From Dickeya dadantii NCPPB 898 (lineage in GTDB: Bacteria > Pseudomonadota > Gammaproteobacteria > Enterobacterales > Enterobacteriaceae): a DNA stretch of 26,098 nucleotides. The notes beneath the pieces were generated by a model. That model made no database searches. It saw only the letters and a program-made list of their open reading frames with translations, and was not told the DNA's origin. Positions 1 to 9,849 of the stretch are shown here, piece after piece (the first letter of the stretch is position 1; each line of letters begins with the position of its first letter). The stretch covers positions 4,276,182 through 4,302,279 of the forward strand of contig NZ_CM001976.1 in assembly GCF_000406145.1 (NCBI RefSeq), given 5' to 3'. The position numbers and the translations under genes were made by a program.

Positions 1-70
1 CCGCTCGACTTGCATGTGTTAGGCCGTGCCGCCAGCGTTCAATCTGAGCCATGATCAAACTCTTCAATTT
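1..70 (-). rRNA. rrs: 16S ribosomal RNA, 5' end only (gene continues off the left edge)
   Basis: The reverse complement of 1..70 reads AAATTGAAGAGTTTGATCATGGCTCAGATTGAACGCTGGCGGCACGGCCTAACACATGCAAGTCGAGCGG. This is the canonical gammaproteobacterial 16S 5' end and includes the 27F primer site. Confidence 0.95.
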
Positions 71-215
71 AAAGTTTGATGCTGCTTCCGAAGAAGCGGT
101 GCTCAAAGAATTTACTGTTAGTTCGTATGAATTAACTGTTGTCACTCTTCAAGACTTTTTCACATAATTTTTTAGTGAAGTGTCCTGCGAGTGCCCACAC
201 AGATTGTCTGATTGA

Positions 216-228
216 TTGTTAAAGAGCA
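216..228 (-). promoter_or_regulatory. rrn leader boxA antitermination element
   Basis: The minus strand reads TGCTCTTTAACAA, then TCAATCAGACAATCTGTGTGGGCAC. This matches the rrn leader boxA and following sequence as I recall it from E. coli rrn operons. It lies between the P2 promoter and the mature 16S 5' end. Confidence 0.8.
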
Positions 229-266
229 GTGCGACCGGCTTACAGCCTGCTGTCGCGAGGTGGCGT

Positions 267-294
267 ATACTACGCTTTCCTCCTGCGGAGTCAA
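267..294 (-). promoter_or_regulatory. rrn P2 promoter (TTGACT-16-TAGTAT)
   Basis: Minus strand: TTGACT (294..289), a 16-nt spacer CCGCAGGAGGAAAGCG, then TAGTAT (272..267). It aligns with E. coli rrnB P2 as recalled (TTGACT-16-TATTAT). Confidence 0.65.
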
Positions 295-364
295 CGACTT
301 TTTTCTCGTTTTCCCCGCCTGACACCGCGCTGCGTTTCCGCTGTTGCCGTGTCAGTGGATGCGC

Positions 365-415
365 ATTATAGGGATCCGAACGGGTTACACAATCACTTTC
401 TCGATCTTTTTTTCC
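365..415 (-). promoter_or_regulatory. rrn P1 promoter with A-rich UP-like element
   Basis: Minus strand: TTGTGT (392..387), a 16-nt spacer, TATAAT (370..365), then a GCGC discriminator, as in rrnB P1 (TTGTCA-16-TATAATGCGCC). Immediately upstream lies the A-rich tract GGAAAAAAAGATCGAGAAAGTGA (415..393). Confidence 0.7.
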
Positions 416-538
416 GTTCGCGCATTTTTCCACCCTTACGTTGAGTTATTGTGCAGACAACGCTATTTTCTGAGCAATAAAGCCGGATCCGCCCCAAGAT
501 CTGGGATCCGTAACATTAATTTTAGGAGATTACGGCAT

Positions 539-1084
539 ATGTCCGAGGCATTACGCCCGTTTAAAGGAACGCTGCCCGTTATCGGTAAAAACGTCATGGT
601 TGATCCTTCCAGCGTAGTTATCGGAGGGGTCACACTGGAGGATGATGTGAGCATCTGGCCGCTAGTGGTTATCCGGGGCGATGTCAACTTCATCCGGATT
701 GGCTCGCGCACCAATATTCAGGATGGCAGCGTCTTGCACGTAACTCACCGTTCGGAAAAAAACGCGAATGGCAATCCATTGATTATCGGGGAAGATGTCA
801 CCGTCGGGCACAAAGCCATGCTGCATGGTTGCACGATAGGCAATCGTGTCCTGGTGGGCATGGGCTCAATCCTGCTTGATGGCGCCATCGTTGAAGATGA
901 CGTCATCATTGGTGCAGGCAGCCTGGTTTCGCCGGGAAAAACGCTGGAGAAAGGCTACCTTTATCTTGGTAGTCCGGCTAAAAAGGTTCGCCCGCTGACA
1001 GAGCAGGAACGGGAAGGGCTGCTTTATTCATCCAATAATTATGTACGCTGGAAAGACGAATATCTGGGCCAATCGCACCAGTGA
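539..1084 (+). CDS. yrdA: Gamma-class carbonic-anhydrase-like / hexapeptide-repeat (LbH) protein YrdA
   Basis: The product from the ATG at 539 begins MSEALRPFKGTLPVIGKNVMVDPSSVVIGGVTLEDDVSIWP and carries repeated hexapeptide motifs. A TAGGAG Shine-Dalgarno (SD) site sits about 10 nt upstream. The gene is divergent from rrn, as in the E. coli rrsD-yrdA arrangement. The track ORF's start at 344 lies inside the rrn promoter region and was rejected. Confidence 0.85.
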   Translation: MSEALRPFKGTLPVIGKNVMVDPSSVVIGGVTLEDDVSIWPLVVIRGDVNFIRIGSRTNIQDGSVLHVTHRSEKNANGNPLIIGEDVTVGHKAMLHGCTIGNRVLVGMGSILLDGAIVEDDVIIGAGSLVSPGKTLEKGYLYLGSPAKKVRPLTEQEREGLLYSSNNYVRWKDEYLGQSHQ

Positions 1085-1102
1085 AGCAATTGGCGCTTCC
1101 CA

Positions 1103-1372
1103 TCAACGAATTTCATCACTAAACAGAAAGCGCCCCTGCTCATCGTATTCATCATCGCGAATCAGGCGTTCAAACTCATCTTCCCAATCCCAGCGATGTT
1201 CCCGGAACAGTGACAACCACTGTTCCGGCAGCGCATCACCATAACGTTCCAGCAAAATACGTCGTCTAATCACGCACTCGCGCTTAAACCCGCCGACCAG
1301 TACCGGAAAAATGATCGCCTCATCATGATCACACCATTCTTCCCGATCGGGGAACTGGATCGCCTGATTCAT
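1103..1372 (-). CDS. yrdB: DUF1488-family small protein YrdB
   Basis: An 89-aa ORF beginning [13 protein letters not shown] and containing [12 protein letters not shown], which resembles E. coli YrdB. Its ATG overlaps the aroE stop (ATGA). Confidence 0.8.
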   Translation of the reverse strand: MNQAIQFPDREEWCDHDEAIIFPVLVGGFKRECVIRRRILLERYGDALPEQWLSLFREHRWDWEDEFERLIRDDEYDEQGRFLFSDEIR

Positions 1373-2196
1373 GCTCCCAGTTCCTGCTTCATTTTACGAA
1401 TTACCGGCACGGCATCCGGCATGACGCCATGCCACAAATTGAACGCATGCGCTGCCTGCCAGACCAGCATTCCCATACCGTCAACATACCGCTGCGCTCC
1501 CTGTCGGATACACCACTTTAAAAAAGGAGTCGGCTCCGACTGGTAAAACATGTCATAACAACACACATCAGGAGAAATCAGAGAAGCCGGCAAATCAGGA
1601 ACATCGCCCGCTACACCTGATGACGTGGCATTGATAATCAAATCAAAAGAATGGTTGCCCACTTTTTCTATTGGCAATGCACTCACCTGACCATAGCGGC
1701 TGAAATGCTCAGCCAATGCGTCAGCTCTGGCAAATGTGCGGTTAGTAATAACTAACTCGCATCCATACGCCAGCAAAGGCTGAATAACGCCACGTGCTGC
1801 GCCACCCGCACCAACCAGCAACACCCGATCATGAGGCTGGATAAATTCATGCTGCTGCAAATCACTCAGCAGACCAATACCATCAGTATTGTCGCCATAA
1901 AGCGAACCATCGACTTTCTTTTGGATCGTGTTGACGGCGCCTGCGGAACGAGCGCGCTCACTCAGCTCATCCATAGCCGCGCATGCACGCTCCTTGAACG
2001 GAGCCGTCACATTAGCGCCGCATGCGCCATGTTGAAAAAATGCTTTCAGGCTGTCCTCAAAGCCATCCAACGGCGCCAGTATGCGCTCGTATGTCAGCGA
2101 GATTCCCATCTGCTCGGCAAACAACGCATGAATGCGCGGCGATTTGCTGTGCGCAATAGGATGACCAAAAACCGCAAAAGATTGACTCACGGACAC
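1369..2196 (-). CDS. aroE: Shikimate 5-dehydrogenase
   Basis: 275 aa. The sequence shows [25 protein letters not shown] and the [13 protein letters not shown]-binding motif. The position matches the yrdB-aroE-tsaC synteny. Confidence 0.93.
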   Translation of the reverse strand: MSVSQSFAVFGHPIAHSKSPRIHALFAEQMGISLTYERILAPLDGFEDSLKAFFQHGACGANVTAPFKERACAAMDELSERARSAGAVNTIQKKVDGSLYGDNTDGIGLLSDLQQHEFIQPHDRVLLVGAGGAARGVIQPLLAYGCELVITNRTFARADALAEHFSRYGQVSALPIEKVGNHSFDLIINATSSGVAGDVPDLPASLISPDVCCYDMFYQSEPTPFLKWCIRQGAQRYVDGMGMLVWQAAHAFNLWHGVMPDAVPVIRKMKQELGA

Positions 2197-2214
2197 TTTG
2201 TTCTCCAGTATTTG

Positions 2215-2784
2215 CTACCCCTGACGCAGCATTTCCCCCGTCAGGGCATCACGAATTTCCGATGGGTTCAGGCGACCGCCAACCTCTCCATTCAGGACAG
2301 GGAAACCCTCGCCAAACTGCTCCGCCACTTCCCTGGCGGTACGACACGGCGGCTGGCCGCTCAGATTAGCGCTGGTAGAAACCAACGGCTTTCCAAATAC
2401 CAGGCACAGTTGTTTCACCAGCGGGTGATCGCTAACTCGCACTGCCAACGAAGTAAACCGCCCAGTCAACCAATCCGGCGTCACCGTTTTGGCCGGGAGC
2501 ACCCAGGTAACCGGTCCTGGCCAAGAGGCAAAGATGGTCTGACGCTGAATATCCGACAAGGCAGATATGTCGACATAAGGTTCCAGTTGCTGAAAATCCG
2601 CCGCAATCAGGATCAGCCCTTTCTCGCGTGGACGTTGTTTCAACGCCAACAAACGCTCTACCGCCGTTTCACTGTCAGGATCGCACCCGAGCCCAAATAC
2701 AGCCTCCGTTGGATAGGCGATCACATTTTCTTCCCGCAGTTGCTGCAACAGCGGTGCTAAATCTTCAGAATTTATATTACTCAT
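2215..2784 (-). CDS. tsaC: L-threonylcarbamoyladenylate synthase (t6A biosynthesis), TsaC/YrdC
   Basis: 189 aa from the ATG at 2784 (MSNINSEDL...[19 protein letters not shown]...[15 protein letters not shown]...STSANLSG). The length and N-terminus match E. coli TsaC. The upstream ATG at 2835 would put 17 codons inside yrdD and was rejected. The start overlaps the yrdD stop by 8 nt. Confidence 0.9.
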   Translation of the reverse strand: MSNINSEDLAPLLQQLREENVIAYPTEAVFGLGCDPDSETAVERLLALKQRPREKGLILIAADFQQLEPYVDISALSDIQRQTIFASWPGPVTWVLPAKTVTPDWLTGRFTSLAVRVSDHPLVKQLCLVFGKPLVSTSANLSGQPPCRTAREVAEQFGEGFPVLNGEVGGRLNPSEIRDALTGEMLRQG

Positions 2785-3337
2785 CACAATGACTTTCTTC
2801 AGCCGATACCGGCTTTCCACACAACTTACTGGCACAAAAGCGCCTTACGCCCTGCGCCGTTTTCTTCTCTATCAATAACGGGTAATGGCAATATTCGCAT
2901 TCCCCGGCAATCGGTTTGTGATTCAGCGTAAACTGGCAGGCAGGGTAACGTTCGCAGGAGTGAAACGTCTTGCCATAGCGGGACTTACGCTGCAGCAATC
3001 GGCCTTCATGGCACTGGGGACATGTCAGTGTCGTTTCGTCTGGGCGATCAATTGCTTCCGTATGCTCGCATTCTGGATAGTTACTGCAACAGATGAACAT
3101 GCCATAACGCCCCTGACGCAGCACCAGCGCCGACTGGCAACGAGGACAATGCTGCCCATCCAGCACCTTCACCACATGCCCATCGGCATAGGCTTTAAGC
3201 GGTCGAATATAATGACATTTGGGATAACGGGAACAACCAAGAAACGGGCCGTGCTGTCCGGAACGGATAACCAACACGGCCCCACATTCAGGGCACACCT
3301 GTTGCGGCTTTTCAGCAATAAGTATGGTTTTGACCAT
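2777..3337 (-). CDS. yrdD: Topoisomerase-I-type zinc-ribbon DNA-binding protein YrdD (no catalytic domain)
   Basis: 186 aa with four tandem CxxC...CxxxxxC ribbons: [36 protein letters not shown] and CEYCH..CASKLC. Synteny matches E. coli yrdD. Confidence 0.82.
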   Translation of the reverse strand: MVKTILIAEKPQQVCPECGAVLVIRSGQHGPFLGCSRYPKCHYIRPLKAYADGHVVKVLDGQHCPRCQSALVLRQGRYGMFICCSNYPECEHTEAIDRPDETTLTCPQCHEGRLLQRKSRYGKTFHSCERYPACQFTLNHKPIAGECEYCHYPLLIEKKTAQGVRRFCASKLCGKPVSAEESHCDE

Positions 3338-3356
3338 GATTTACTTTGATTCCCGA

Positions 3357-3830
3357 CTACTGCAAATACCCTTCATTGGCTTCAAAGAGTAAATCTTCCA
3401 TTTGCTGGTAAGCATTTTCGCAACCAGGCACATTGAATAACACCATCAGAATGACCCATTTTAGATCTTCCAGGTCAAAATCCTGCGTTTCAAGCGCCAT
3501 TACCCGATCAATGACCATCTCACGGGTTTCCAAACTGAGCACTTTAATCTGCTCAAGAAACAGCAGAAAGCCGCGGCAATCCACATCCAGACGTTGTTCC
3601 TCTTCAGCGGTGTAAAAACGCAACGCCAGAGGGTCGCTGGCCAGCGCCAGCGGCGGGGTTTGTCCTTCCTGCAAGTCGGCCAGTTTTTCCAGCCAATCCA
3701 ACGCGCTGTAGATATCGTCGCGATCAAATCCCGCGCGGGTGAGGTCATCAGTCAACGTATCTTGATCGACACGCATTTCGGTTTCATTGTGGATGTAAGT
3801 TTCAAACAAGTACATGAGTACGTCGAACAT
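3357..3830 (-). CDS. smg: Smg protein (DUF494), function unknown
   Basis: 157 aa beginning [16 protein letters not shown], the same length and N-terminus as E. coli Smg. The start lies 29 nt inside the 3' end of dprA. Confidence 0.9.
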   Translation of the reverse strand: MFDVLMYLFETYIHNETEMRVDQDTLTDDLTRAGFDRDDIYSALDWLEKLADLQEGQTPPLALASDPLALRFYTAEEEQRLDVDCRGFLLFLEQIKVLSLETREMVIDRVMALETQDFDLEDLKWVILMVLFNVPGCENAYQQMEDLLFEANEGYLQ

Positions 3831-4935
3831 GGCCTGCCCTCCTTATACGGACATAGCCGCCGGGTACAGCTGCGATCCACCCTGCTAACTCCAGATCCAG
3901 TAACTTACTCACCACCTCTGGCACAGGTTGGCCGGCACGTTCAGCGACAACGTCAACAGGTGTAACCTCATCTCCTACGGTAGCCAACACATCAGCAAAT
4001 GGCAATTCCAGTTCACCTTCCGTCGCACAAATAATTTCCGGAATGCCCTCACCAGGAATATCGGCAAACCAGCGCAGTCCATTATGGAGTTGTTCAAAAA
4101 TGTCCTGAGGCTGGGTAACCAGGCTGGCCCCTTGCTGTATCAACCAATGGTTACCTTCCGTCATCGGATTCCCGATCGGACCGGGCAGAGCGAATACCTC
4201 ACGATTTTGCTCCAATGCATAACGCGCCGTCACCAGCGAACCGCTACGCATTGATGCTTCCACTACCAGAACTCCCAGACTTAATCCGCTGATGATGCGA
4301 TTGCGGCGTGGAAAATTCACCGGCAACGGCCGGGTATTCAGGGGAAACTCTGACACCAGCGCCCCACCCTGCTGCACAATAGCATCCGCCAGCGTCAGAT
4401 GCCGGCGTGGATAAAGCTGGTTTAATCCGCTCCCCAATACCGCAATGGTTTTCCCACCTGCCTGCAGAGCGGCCTGATGGGCAATACCATCAATCCCCAC
4501 GGCTAATCCGCTGGTTATGGTCAGATGATTCAGGCTAAGTTGCTGGCTGAAGACATGCCCCCACTGTTCGCCGTAGGCGCTATTGTTGCGACTGCCAATC
4601 ACCGCGACCTGCGGAGATGACAGTACGCCCACATCTCCCGCGACATACAAACATAGCGGGGGAGAAACGATGTTACTGAGCAAAGGGGGATAATCGGCGC
4701 TGTTGAATGTCACCAGGTGATGCTCCGGCTTTTCCAGCCAGTGCGCTGTATTCTGGATATCCAGAACGCTCAGAGTGAGAAACTGTTCGGTCTGATTTTC
4801 CGTCAGGCCCAGCGATTTCAGATATTCCGCCGGATACGAATTTTCGGCCTGCAATTGACCGAACAGTGCCGCGCATCGTTTGGCGCCGAGGCCTTTAACC
4901 GACGCCAGACGCAACCAGATTTCCATATCCGTCAT
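3802..4935 (-). CDS. dprA: DNA-processing protein A (DprA/Smf)
   Basis: 377 aa. The Rossmann-like core reads [13 protein letters not shown]...[18 protein letters not shown]...[12 protein letters not shown]. The gene is divergent from def, as in E. coli smf. Confidence 0.92.
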   Translation of the reverse strand: MTDMEIWLRLASVKGLGAKRCAALFGQLQAENSYPAEYLKSLGLTENQTEQFLTLSVLDIQNTAHWLEKPEHHLVTFNSADYPPLLSNIVSPPLCLYVAGDVGVLSSPQVAVIGSRNNSAYGEQWGHVFSQQLSLNHLTITSGLAVGIDGIAHQAALQAGGKTIAVLGSGLNQLYPRRHLTLADAIVQQGGALVSEFPLNTRPLPVNFPRRNRIISGLSLGVLVVEASMRSGSLVTARYALEQNREVFALPGPIGNPMTEGNHWLIQQGASLVTQPQDIFEQLHNGLRWFADIPGEGIPEIICATEGELELPFADVLATVGDEVTPVDVVAERAGQPVPEVVSKLLDLELAGWIAAVPGGYVRIRRAGHVRRTHVLV

Positions 4936-4973
4936 ATCCCACTCCGCATCCTACCGTGTCATGGCCGTGATGC

Positions 4974-5002
4974 TGTCAATCACCCCTGGAAATGTCTACA
5001 AT
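4974..5002 (+). promoter_or_regulatory. Candidate def-fmt promoter (TGTCAA-17-TACAAT)
   Basis: TGTCAA at 4974..4979, a 17-nt spacer, then TACAAT at 4997..5002, about 45 nt upstream of the def ATG. This is a motif match only. Confidence 0.35.
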
Positions 5003-5047
5003 AAAGGCTGGAGCGTTCTAACCACCTGAATACAGATCTAAACATAT

Positions 5048-5557
5048 ATGTCAGTGTTGCAAGTATTACATTTCCCCGATGAGCGGCTTCGCATTAAGGC
5101 GCAGCCGGTAAAAGAAGTTAATGCAGAGATTCAGCGTATCGTGGACGATATGTTCGATACCATGTACGAGGAAGAAGGCATTGGCCTCGCGGCCACGCAG
5201 GTTGATATCCATCAGCGCATCATCGTAATTGATGTGTCAGAAGAGCGGGATCAACGGCTGGTTTTGATCAACCCCGAACTGCTGGAGAAATCCGGCGATA
5301 CCGGAATTGAAGAAGGCTGTTTGTCCATTCCTGAAACTCGTGCGCTGGTTCCGCGGGCAGAACGCGTCAGCGTGCGCGCGTTGGATCGCGAAGGTAAACC
5401 GTTTGAGCTGGAAGCAGAAGGCTTGCTGGCGATTTGCATTCAGCATGAAATGGACCATCTGGTCGGCAAACTGTTTATCGACTACCTGTCACCGCTGAAA
5501 CGCCAACGCATTCGCCAGAAGCTGGAAAAATTGGCCAGACAAAACAGCAAGGCATAA
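5048..5557 (+). CDS. def: Peptide deformylase
   Basis: 169 aa with the three catalytic motifs [13 protein letters not shown] and HEMDH. Confidence 0.96.
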   Translation: MSVLQVLHFPDERLRIKAQPVKEVNAEIQRIVDDMFDTMYEEEGIGLAATQVDIHQRIIVIDVSEERDQRLVLINPELLEKSGDTGIEEGCLSIPETRALVPRAERVSVRALDREGKPFELEAEGLLAICIQHEMDHLVGKLFIDYLSPLKRQRIRQKLEKLARQNSKA

Positions 5558-5594
5558 ACAGCCTCGTAAAACCTATATCCAGACAGGAAAGCAC

Positions 5595-6536
5595 GTGTCA
5601 TTACGCATTATTTTCGCAGGAACGCCTGATTTCGCCGCACAGCATCTTGCAGGGCTGCTCTCGTCAGAGCATGAGGTTGTCGGCGTTTTTACCCAACCGG
5701 ACCGTCCGGCAGGTCGCGGCAACAAGCTGACGCCCAGCCCGGTTAAAGTGCTGGCTGAACAGCATGCTATTCCGGTATTCCAACCTAAATCATTACGTCC
5801 TGTTGAGAATCAGCAATTGGTGGCGGAACTGGGCGCTGACGTAATGGTTGTGGTTGCCTATGGCCTCATCCTGCCGCAAGCCGTGCTGGATATGCCTCGT
5901 CTGGGATGCGTCAATGTGCATGGGTCGCTGCTGGCGCGCTGGCGCGGAGCGGCGCCGATACAGCGCGCACTCTGGGCCGGCGATACACAGACGGGAATCA
6001 CGATCATGCAGATGGACGCCGGGCTGGATACCGGCGCCATGCTTCACAAAATCGAATGCCCGATTCTGCCGGATGACACCAGCGCTACACTGTATGACAA
6101 GCTGGCAAAACTGGGCCCTCAGGGATTGATGGAAACACTGGCGCAATTGTCCGCCTCTCAGGCGACCGCCGAAGCTCAGGACGACAGCCTGGCAACCTAT
6201 GCAGAAAAGCTGAGCAAAGAAGAAGCGCGTCTGGACTGGCAATTGTCGGCAAAACAGCTGGAACGCTGCATCCGCGCCTTCAATCCGTGGCCAGTCAGCT
6301 ATTTTCTGATTGAGGAGCAGCCGGTAAAAGTCTGGAAAGCAGAAGCGCTGAACACCTCACATCAGCAACAGCCGGGAACCATACTTGCCGCCGATAAAGA
6401 CGGCATCCGGATTGCCACCGCTGACGGCGTATTAAATATTCAGATCTTGCAACCGTCGGGCAAAAAATCCATGTCAGCGCAGGATTTGCTTAACTCTCGC
6501 CGCGAATGGTTCACCCCTGGCCAAATACTAGCCTGA
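5595..6536 (+). CDS. fmt: Methionyl-tRNA formyltransferase
   Basis: 313 aa from a GTG start with an AGGAAA SD site 7 nt upstream. The sequence is [12 protein letters not shown]...[18 protein letters not shown]...FNPWP. It lies immediately downstream of def. Confidence 0.94.
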   Translation: MSLRIIFAGTPDFAAQHLAGLLSSEHEVVGVFTQPDRPAGRGNKLTPSPVKVLAEQHAIPVFQPKSLRPVENQQLVAELGADVMVVVAYGLILPQAVLDMPRLGCVNVHGSLLARWRGAAPIQRALWAGDTQTGITIMQMDAGLDTGAMLHKIECPILPDDTSATLYDKLAKLGPQGLMETLAQLSASQATAEAQDDSLATYAEKLSKEEARLDWQLSAKQLERCIRAFNPWPVSYFLIEEQPVKVWKAEALNTSHQQQPGTILAADKDGIRIATADGVLNIQILQPSGKKSMSAQDLLNSRREWFTPGQILA

Positions 6537-6596
6537 TACCACGGTACCGACCTTACCTGTCGGTACCACTGACACTCTCCTATCCGTTCTAAGCCG

Positions 6597-7892
6597 ATGA
6601 AAAGCAAATATAATCTTCGTAGCATTGCCGCCACTGCTCTTGTCCAGGTTGTCGAACAAGGACAATCACTCAGCCACCTGTTGCCTGCGCTCCAGCGAGA
6701 CATCAGTGAGAAAGATCGCGGCTTGCTGCAGGAGATCTGCTTTGGCGTACTACGCGTATTACCACAGTTGGATTGGCATCTTCGCCAACTGATGGCTAAA
6801 CCGCTTACCGGCAAACAGAAGGTACTGCATTATCTGTTGATGGTAGGTCTTTATCAGCTCATCCATACCCGTATTCCTCCCCATGCCGCGCTGGCGGAGA
6901 CGGTTAATGGCGCAGTTGCCCTGAAGCGGCCACAGCTGAAAGGATTGATTAATGGCGTATTGCGCCAGTTTCAACGTCAGCAGGACGAGTTGCAGCAGCG
7001 GCTGCAGAACAATCCGGCACGCTATGCGCACCCGGACTGGCTGCTGCAACGACTGAAAAAGGCCTATCCTCAGCAATGGGAGCGCATCGTCGAGGCGAAC
7101 AATCAGCATCCACCTATGTGGTTACGGGTCAACCGGCAACATCATACCCGTGCGGCCTATCTGGCGTTACTGCAGGAAAAAGAGATAACGGCTTACCCTC
7201 ACGCTTTCTATCCGGACGCCATTCGCCTGGGGACACCTTGCGCCGTTAATCAGTTACCGGGGTTCGAGCAAGGCTGGGTCACCGTACAGGATGCGTCGGC
7301 GCAAGGCTGTGTCCACTGGCTGGCACCGCAAGATCACGAAGACATTCTCGATCTGTGCGCCGCGCCCGGCGGAAAGACGACCCACATACTTGAAGCCGCT
7401 CCCCATGCTCATGTACTGGCTGTCGACGTGGATGAACAACGGCTGAAGCGGGTCAGAGAGAATCTGCAACGCCTTGGTCAACATGCTGAGGTCAAATGCG
7501 GAGATGGTCGAACACCAACAGAATGGTGTGGAGACAAGCTCTTCGATCGTATTTTGCTTGATGCACCTTGCTCTGCGACCGGCGTCATTCGCCGTCACCC
7601 GGATATCAAGTGGTTGCGCCGCGATAGCGACATTGCCGAACTGGCTTCTCTGCAACAAGCAATTCTGGAGGCTATCTGGCCACGGCTGAAAAGTGGCGGC
7701 ACGTTGGTATACGCTACCTGCTCTATACTACCGGAGGAAAACCATCAGCAAGTGGCTGCATTTCTGCAACGCCATCCCGATGCTGTGTTGGTTGATACCG
7801 GCAGCCCGGAGCATCCTGGGATTCAGAATTTGCCCGTGGCGGAAGATGGCGATGGTTTCTTTTATGCGAAGCTGGTAAAAAACGGGCAATAG
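6597..7892 (+). CDS. rsmB: 16S rRNA m5C967 methyltransferase RsmB (Sun/Fmu)
   Basis: 431 aa with an N-terminal NusB-like region, SAM motif [10 protein letters not shown], and catalytic motifs DAPCSATG and YATCS. Confidence 0.94.
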   Translation: MKSKYNLRSIAATALVQVVEQGQSLSHLLPALQRDISEKDRGLLQEICFGVLRVLPQLDWHLRQLMAKPLTGKQKVLHYLLMVGLYQLIHTRIPPHAALAETVNGAVALKRPQLKGLINGVLRQFQRQQDELQQRLQNNPARYAHPDWLLQRLKKAYPQQWERIVEANNQHPPMWLRVNRQHHTRAAYLALLQEKEITAYPHAFYPDAIRLGTPCAVNQLPGFEQGWVTVQDASAQGCVHWLAPQDHEDILDLCAAPGGKTTHILEAAPHAHVLAVDVDEQRLKRVRENLQRLGQHAEVKCGDGRTPTEWCGDKLFDRILLDAPCSATGVIRRHPDIKWLRRDSDIAELASLQQAILEAIWPRLKSGGTLVYATCSILPEENHQQVAAFLQRHPDAVLVDTGSPEHPGIQNLPVAEDGDGFFYAKLVKNGQ

Positions 7893-7942
7893 CTCTATCC
7901 GATTGATAAGCCCCGACAGATACAGAAACGGCAGAAATCACG

Positions 7943-9319
7943 ATGAAGATAATTATTCTTGGTGCAGGTCAGGTTGGCGGAACGCTGGCAGAAAATTTGT
8001 CAGGCGAAAACAATGATATTACCGTTGTGGACACCAATACGACCCGGCTACGCCAGCTTCAGGACAAATTCGATCTGCGCGTAGTGACTGGCTATGCCTC
8101 CCATCCGCGCGTATTGCGCGAAGCGGGTGCGGAAGATGCGGATATGCTGATCGCCGTAACCAATTCCGACGAAACCAACATGATCGCCTGCCAGGTGGCT
8201 TACTCCCTGTTCAATACGCCTAATCGCATCGCGCGTATCCGTTCATCGGAGTATATCCGTGAATCTGAGCAATTGTTTCAGGCGGAAGCCGTCCCGATTG
8301 ATCACCTGATTTCACCGGAACAACTGGTTATCGACAATATTTATAAATTGATCGAGTACCCGGGCGCATTGCAGGTGGTCAATTTTGCCGAAGGGAAAGT
8401 CAGTATTGCTGCGGTAAATGCGTACTATGGCGGGCCTCTGGTGGGTAATGCCATTGCAACAATGCGCGATCATATGCCTCACATAGAAACGCGGGTCGCC
8501 GCGATTTTCCGCCATGACCGACCGATTCGTCCTCAAGGCTCGACCGTAATCGAAGCCGGCGATGAGGTGTTCTTTATCGCCGCCTCACAACACATTCGGG
8601 CGGTGATGAGTGAGATGCAACGGCTGGAGAAGCCTTATAAGCGCATCATGATTGTTGGGGGCGGGAATGTGGGCGCTGGCCTAGCCCTCAGGCTCGAAAA
8701 GGATTATAGCGTCAAGCTAATAGAGCGTGACGCGCTACGAGCAGCTGAATTAGCGGAGCACTTACAACACACCATCGTCTTCCATGGCGATGCTTCCGAT
8801 CAGGAGTTGCTGGCTCAGGAGCATGTCGAACAGATTGATGTATTCATCGCCATCACCAACGATGATGAAGCGAATATCATGTCGGCCATGCTGGCAAAAC
8901 GGATGGGGGCCAAAAAAGCGATGGTCCTGATCCAACGCCGTGCCTATGTCGATCTGGTGCAAGGCAGTGTTATCGATGTTGCTATTTCGCCACAGCAGGC
9001 CACCATTTCCGCATTGCTGGGACATGTGCGTAAAGCGGATATCGTAAGTGTATCGTCGCTACGACGCGGTGTAGCAGAAGCCATTGAGGCAATTGCTCAT
9101 GGTGATGAAGGCACATCGAAAGTAGTAGGCCGCATGATTGCCGATATCAAGCTGCCGCCAGGAACAATTATCGGGGCAATTGTGCGCGGCGACGACGTTA
9201 TCATTGCCAATAACAACTTGCAGATAGAACAGGGTGACCACGTCATTATGTTTTTGACTGACAAGAAATATGTCTCCGATGTCGAGCGTTTATTCCAGCC
9301 CAGTCCATTCTTCCTCTAA
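7943..9319 (+). CDS. trkA: Trk potassium uptake system NAD-binding protein TrkA
   Basis: 458 aa with two Rossmann repeats ([13 protein letters not shown] and [12 protein letters not shown]). Confidence 0.96.
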   Translation: MKIIILGAGQVGGTLAENLSGENNDITVVDTNTTRLRQLQDKFDLRVVTGYASHPRVLREAGAEDADMLIAVTNSDETNMIACQVAYSLFNTPNRIARIRSSEYIRESEQLFQAEAVPIDHLISPEQLVIDNIYKLIEYPGALQVVNFAEGKVSIAAVNAYYGGPLVGNAIATMRDHMPHIETRVAAIFRHDRPIRPQGSTVIEAGDEVFFIAASQHIRAVMSEMQRLEKPYKRIMIVGGGNVGAGLALRLEKDYSVKLIERDALRAAELAEHLQHTIVFHGDASDQELLAQEHVEQIDVFIAITNDDEANIMSAMLAKRMGAKKAMVLIQRRAYVDLVQGSVIDVAISPQQATISALLGHVRKADIVSVSSLRRGVAEAIEAIAHGDEGTSKVVGRMIADIKLPPGTIIGAIVRGDDVIIANNNLQIEQGDHVIMFLTDKKYVSDVERLFQPSPFFL

Positions 9320-9325
9320 CCTTTC

Positions 9326-9368
9326 CTCAGGGCGTATTTATCCTGCACGCCCTGAGTTCTCTCTTTTT
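9326..9368 (+). terminator. Rho-independent terminator after trkA
   Basis: A perfect 10-bp stem, CTCAGGGCGT (9327..9335 region) pairing with ACGCCCTGAG (9347..9356), followed by TTCTCTCTTTTT. Confidence 0.7.
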
Positions 9369-9423
9369 GGTAAATTCCCCATCGCTTGTTAAAATTAAAA
9401 AAGGTTTTATCGGAGAGAATATT

Positions 9424-9849
9424 ATGAGCTTTACAAAAGAGTTTCGTGAATTCGCTATGCGCGGCAACGTGGTTGACCTGGCCGTCGGGGTAATCATTGG
9501 CGCTGCGTTCGGGAAAATCGTATCGTCGTTGGTATCGGACATTATCATGCCACCGCTGGGACTATTGATCGGCGGCGTCGATTTCAAACAGTTCCATTGG
9601 GTTTTACGAGAGGCGCAAGGCAATATAGCAGCGGTCAGTATTAATTACGGCGTATTCATTCAAAATATTTTTGATTTTATCATCGTTGCATTTGCCATTT
9701 TTATGGCAATCAAGCTAATGAATAAATTACGTCGCACCCAGCAGGAAGAACCAAGTGCGCCGCCCAAGATCAGCGCAGAAGAAAAATTACTGACCGAGAT
9801 CCGAGATTTACTCAAACAACAGGCCGATAGCCATTCCAAAAACACATAA
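9424..9849 (+). CDS. mscL: Large-conductance mechanosensitive channel
   Basis: 141 aa from the ATG at 9424 with a GGAGAG SD site ([37 protein letters not shown]). The track start at 9367 adds 19 non-homologous residues and was rejected. Confidence 0.93.
   Translation: MSFTKEFREFAMRGNVVDLAVGVIIGAAFGKIVSSLVSDIIMPPLGLLIGGVDFKQFHWVLREAQGNIAAVSINYGVFIQNIFDFIIVAFAIFMAIKLMNKLRRTQQEEPSAPPKISAEEKLLTEIRDLLKQQADSHSKNT

Noticed and set aside
149-444. ORFs 149..433 (-, 94 aa) and 229..444 (+, 71 aa), plus the N-terminal 65 codons of the 344..1084 ORF.
   Set aside because: They fall on the rrn leader (boxA) and the P2/P1 promoters. The yrdA homology and a good SD site begin only at the ATG at 539.
9367-9423. 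Upstream alternative starts for mscL (9367), tsaC (2835), yhdN (10594, TTG) and rpmD (15782, TTG).
   Set aside because: The extensions are not homologous to the known N-termini. They overlap terminators or upstream genes, or use weak start codons. Internal ATGs with SD sites reproduce the expected protein lengths.
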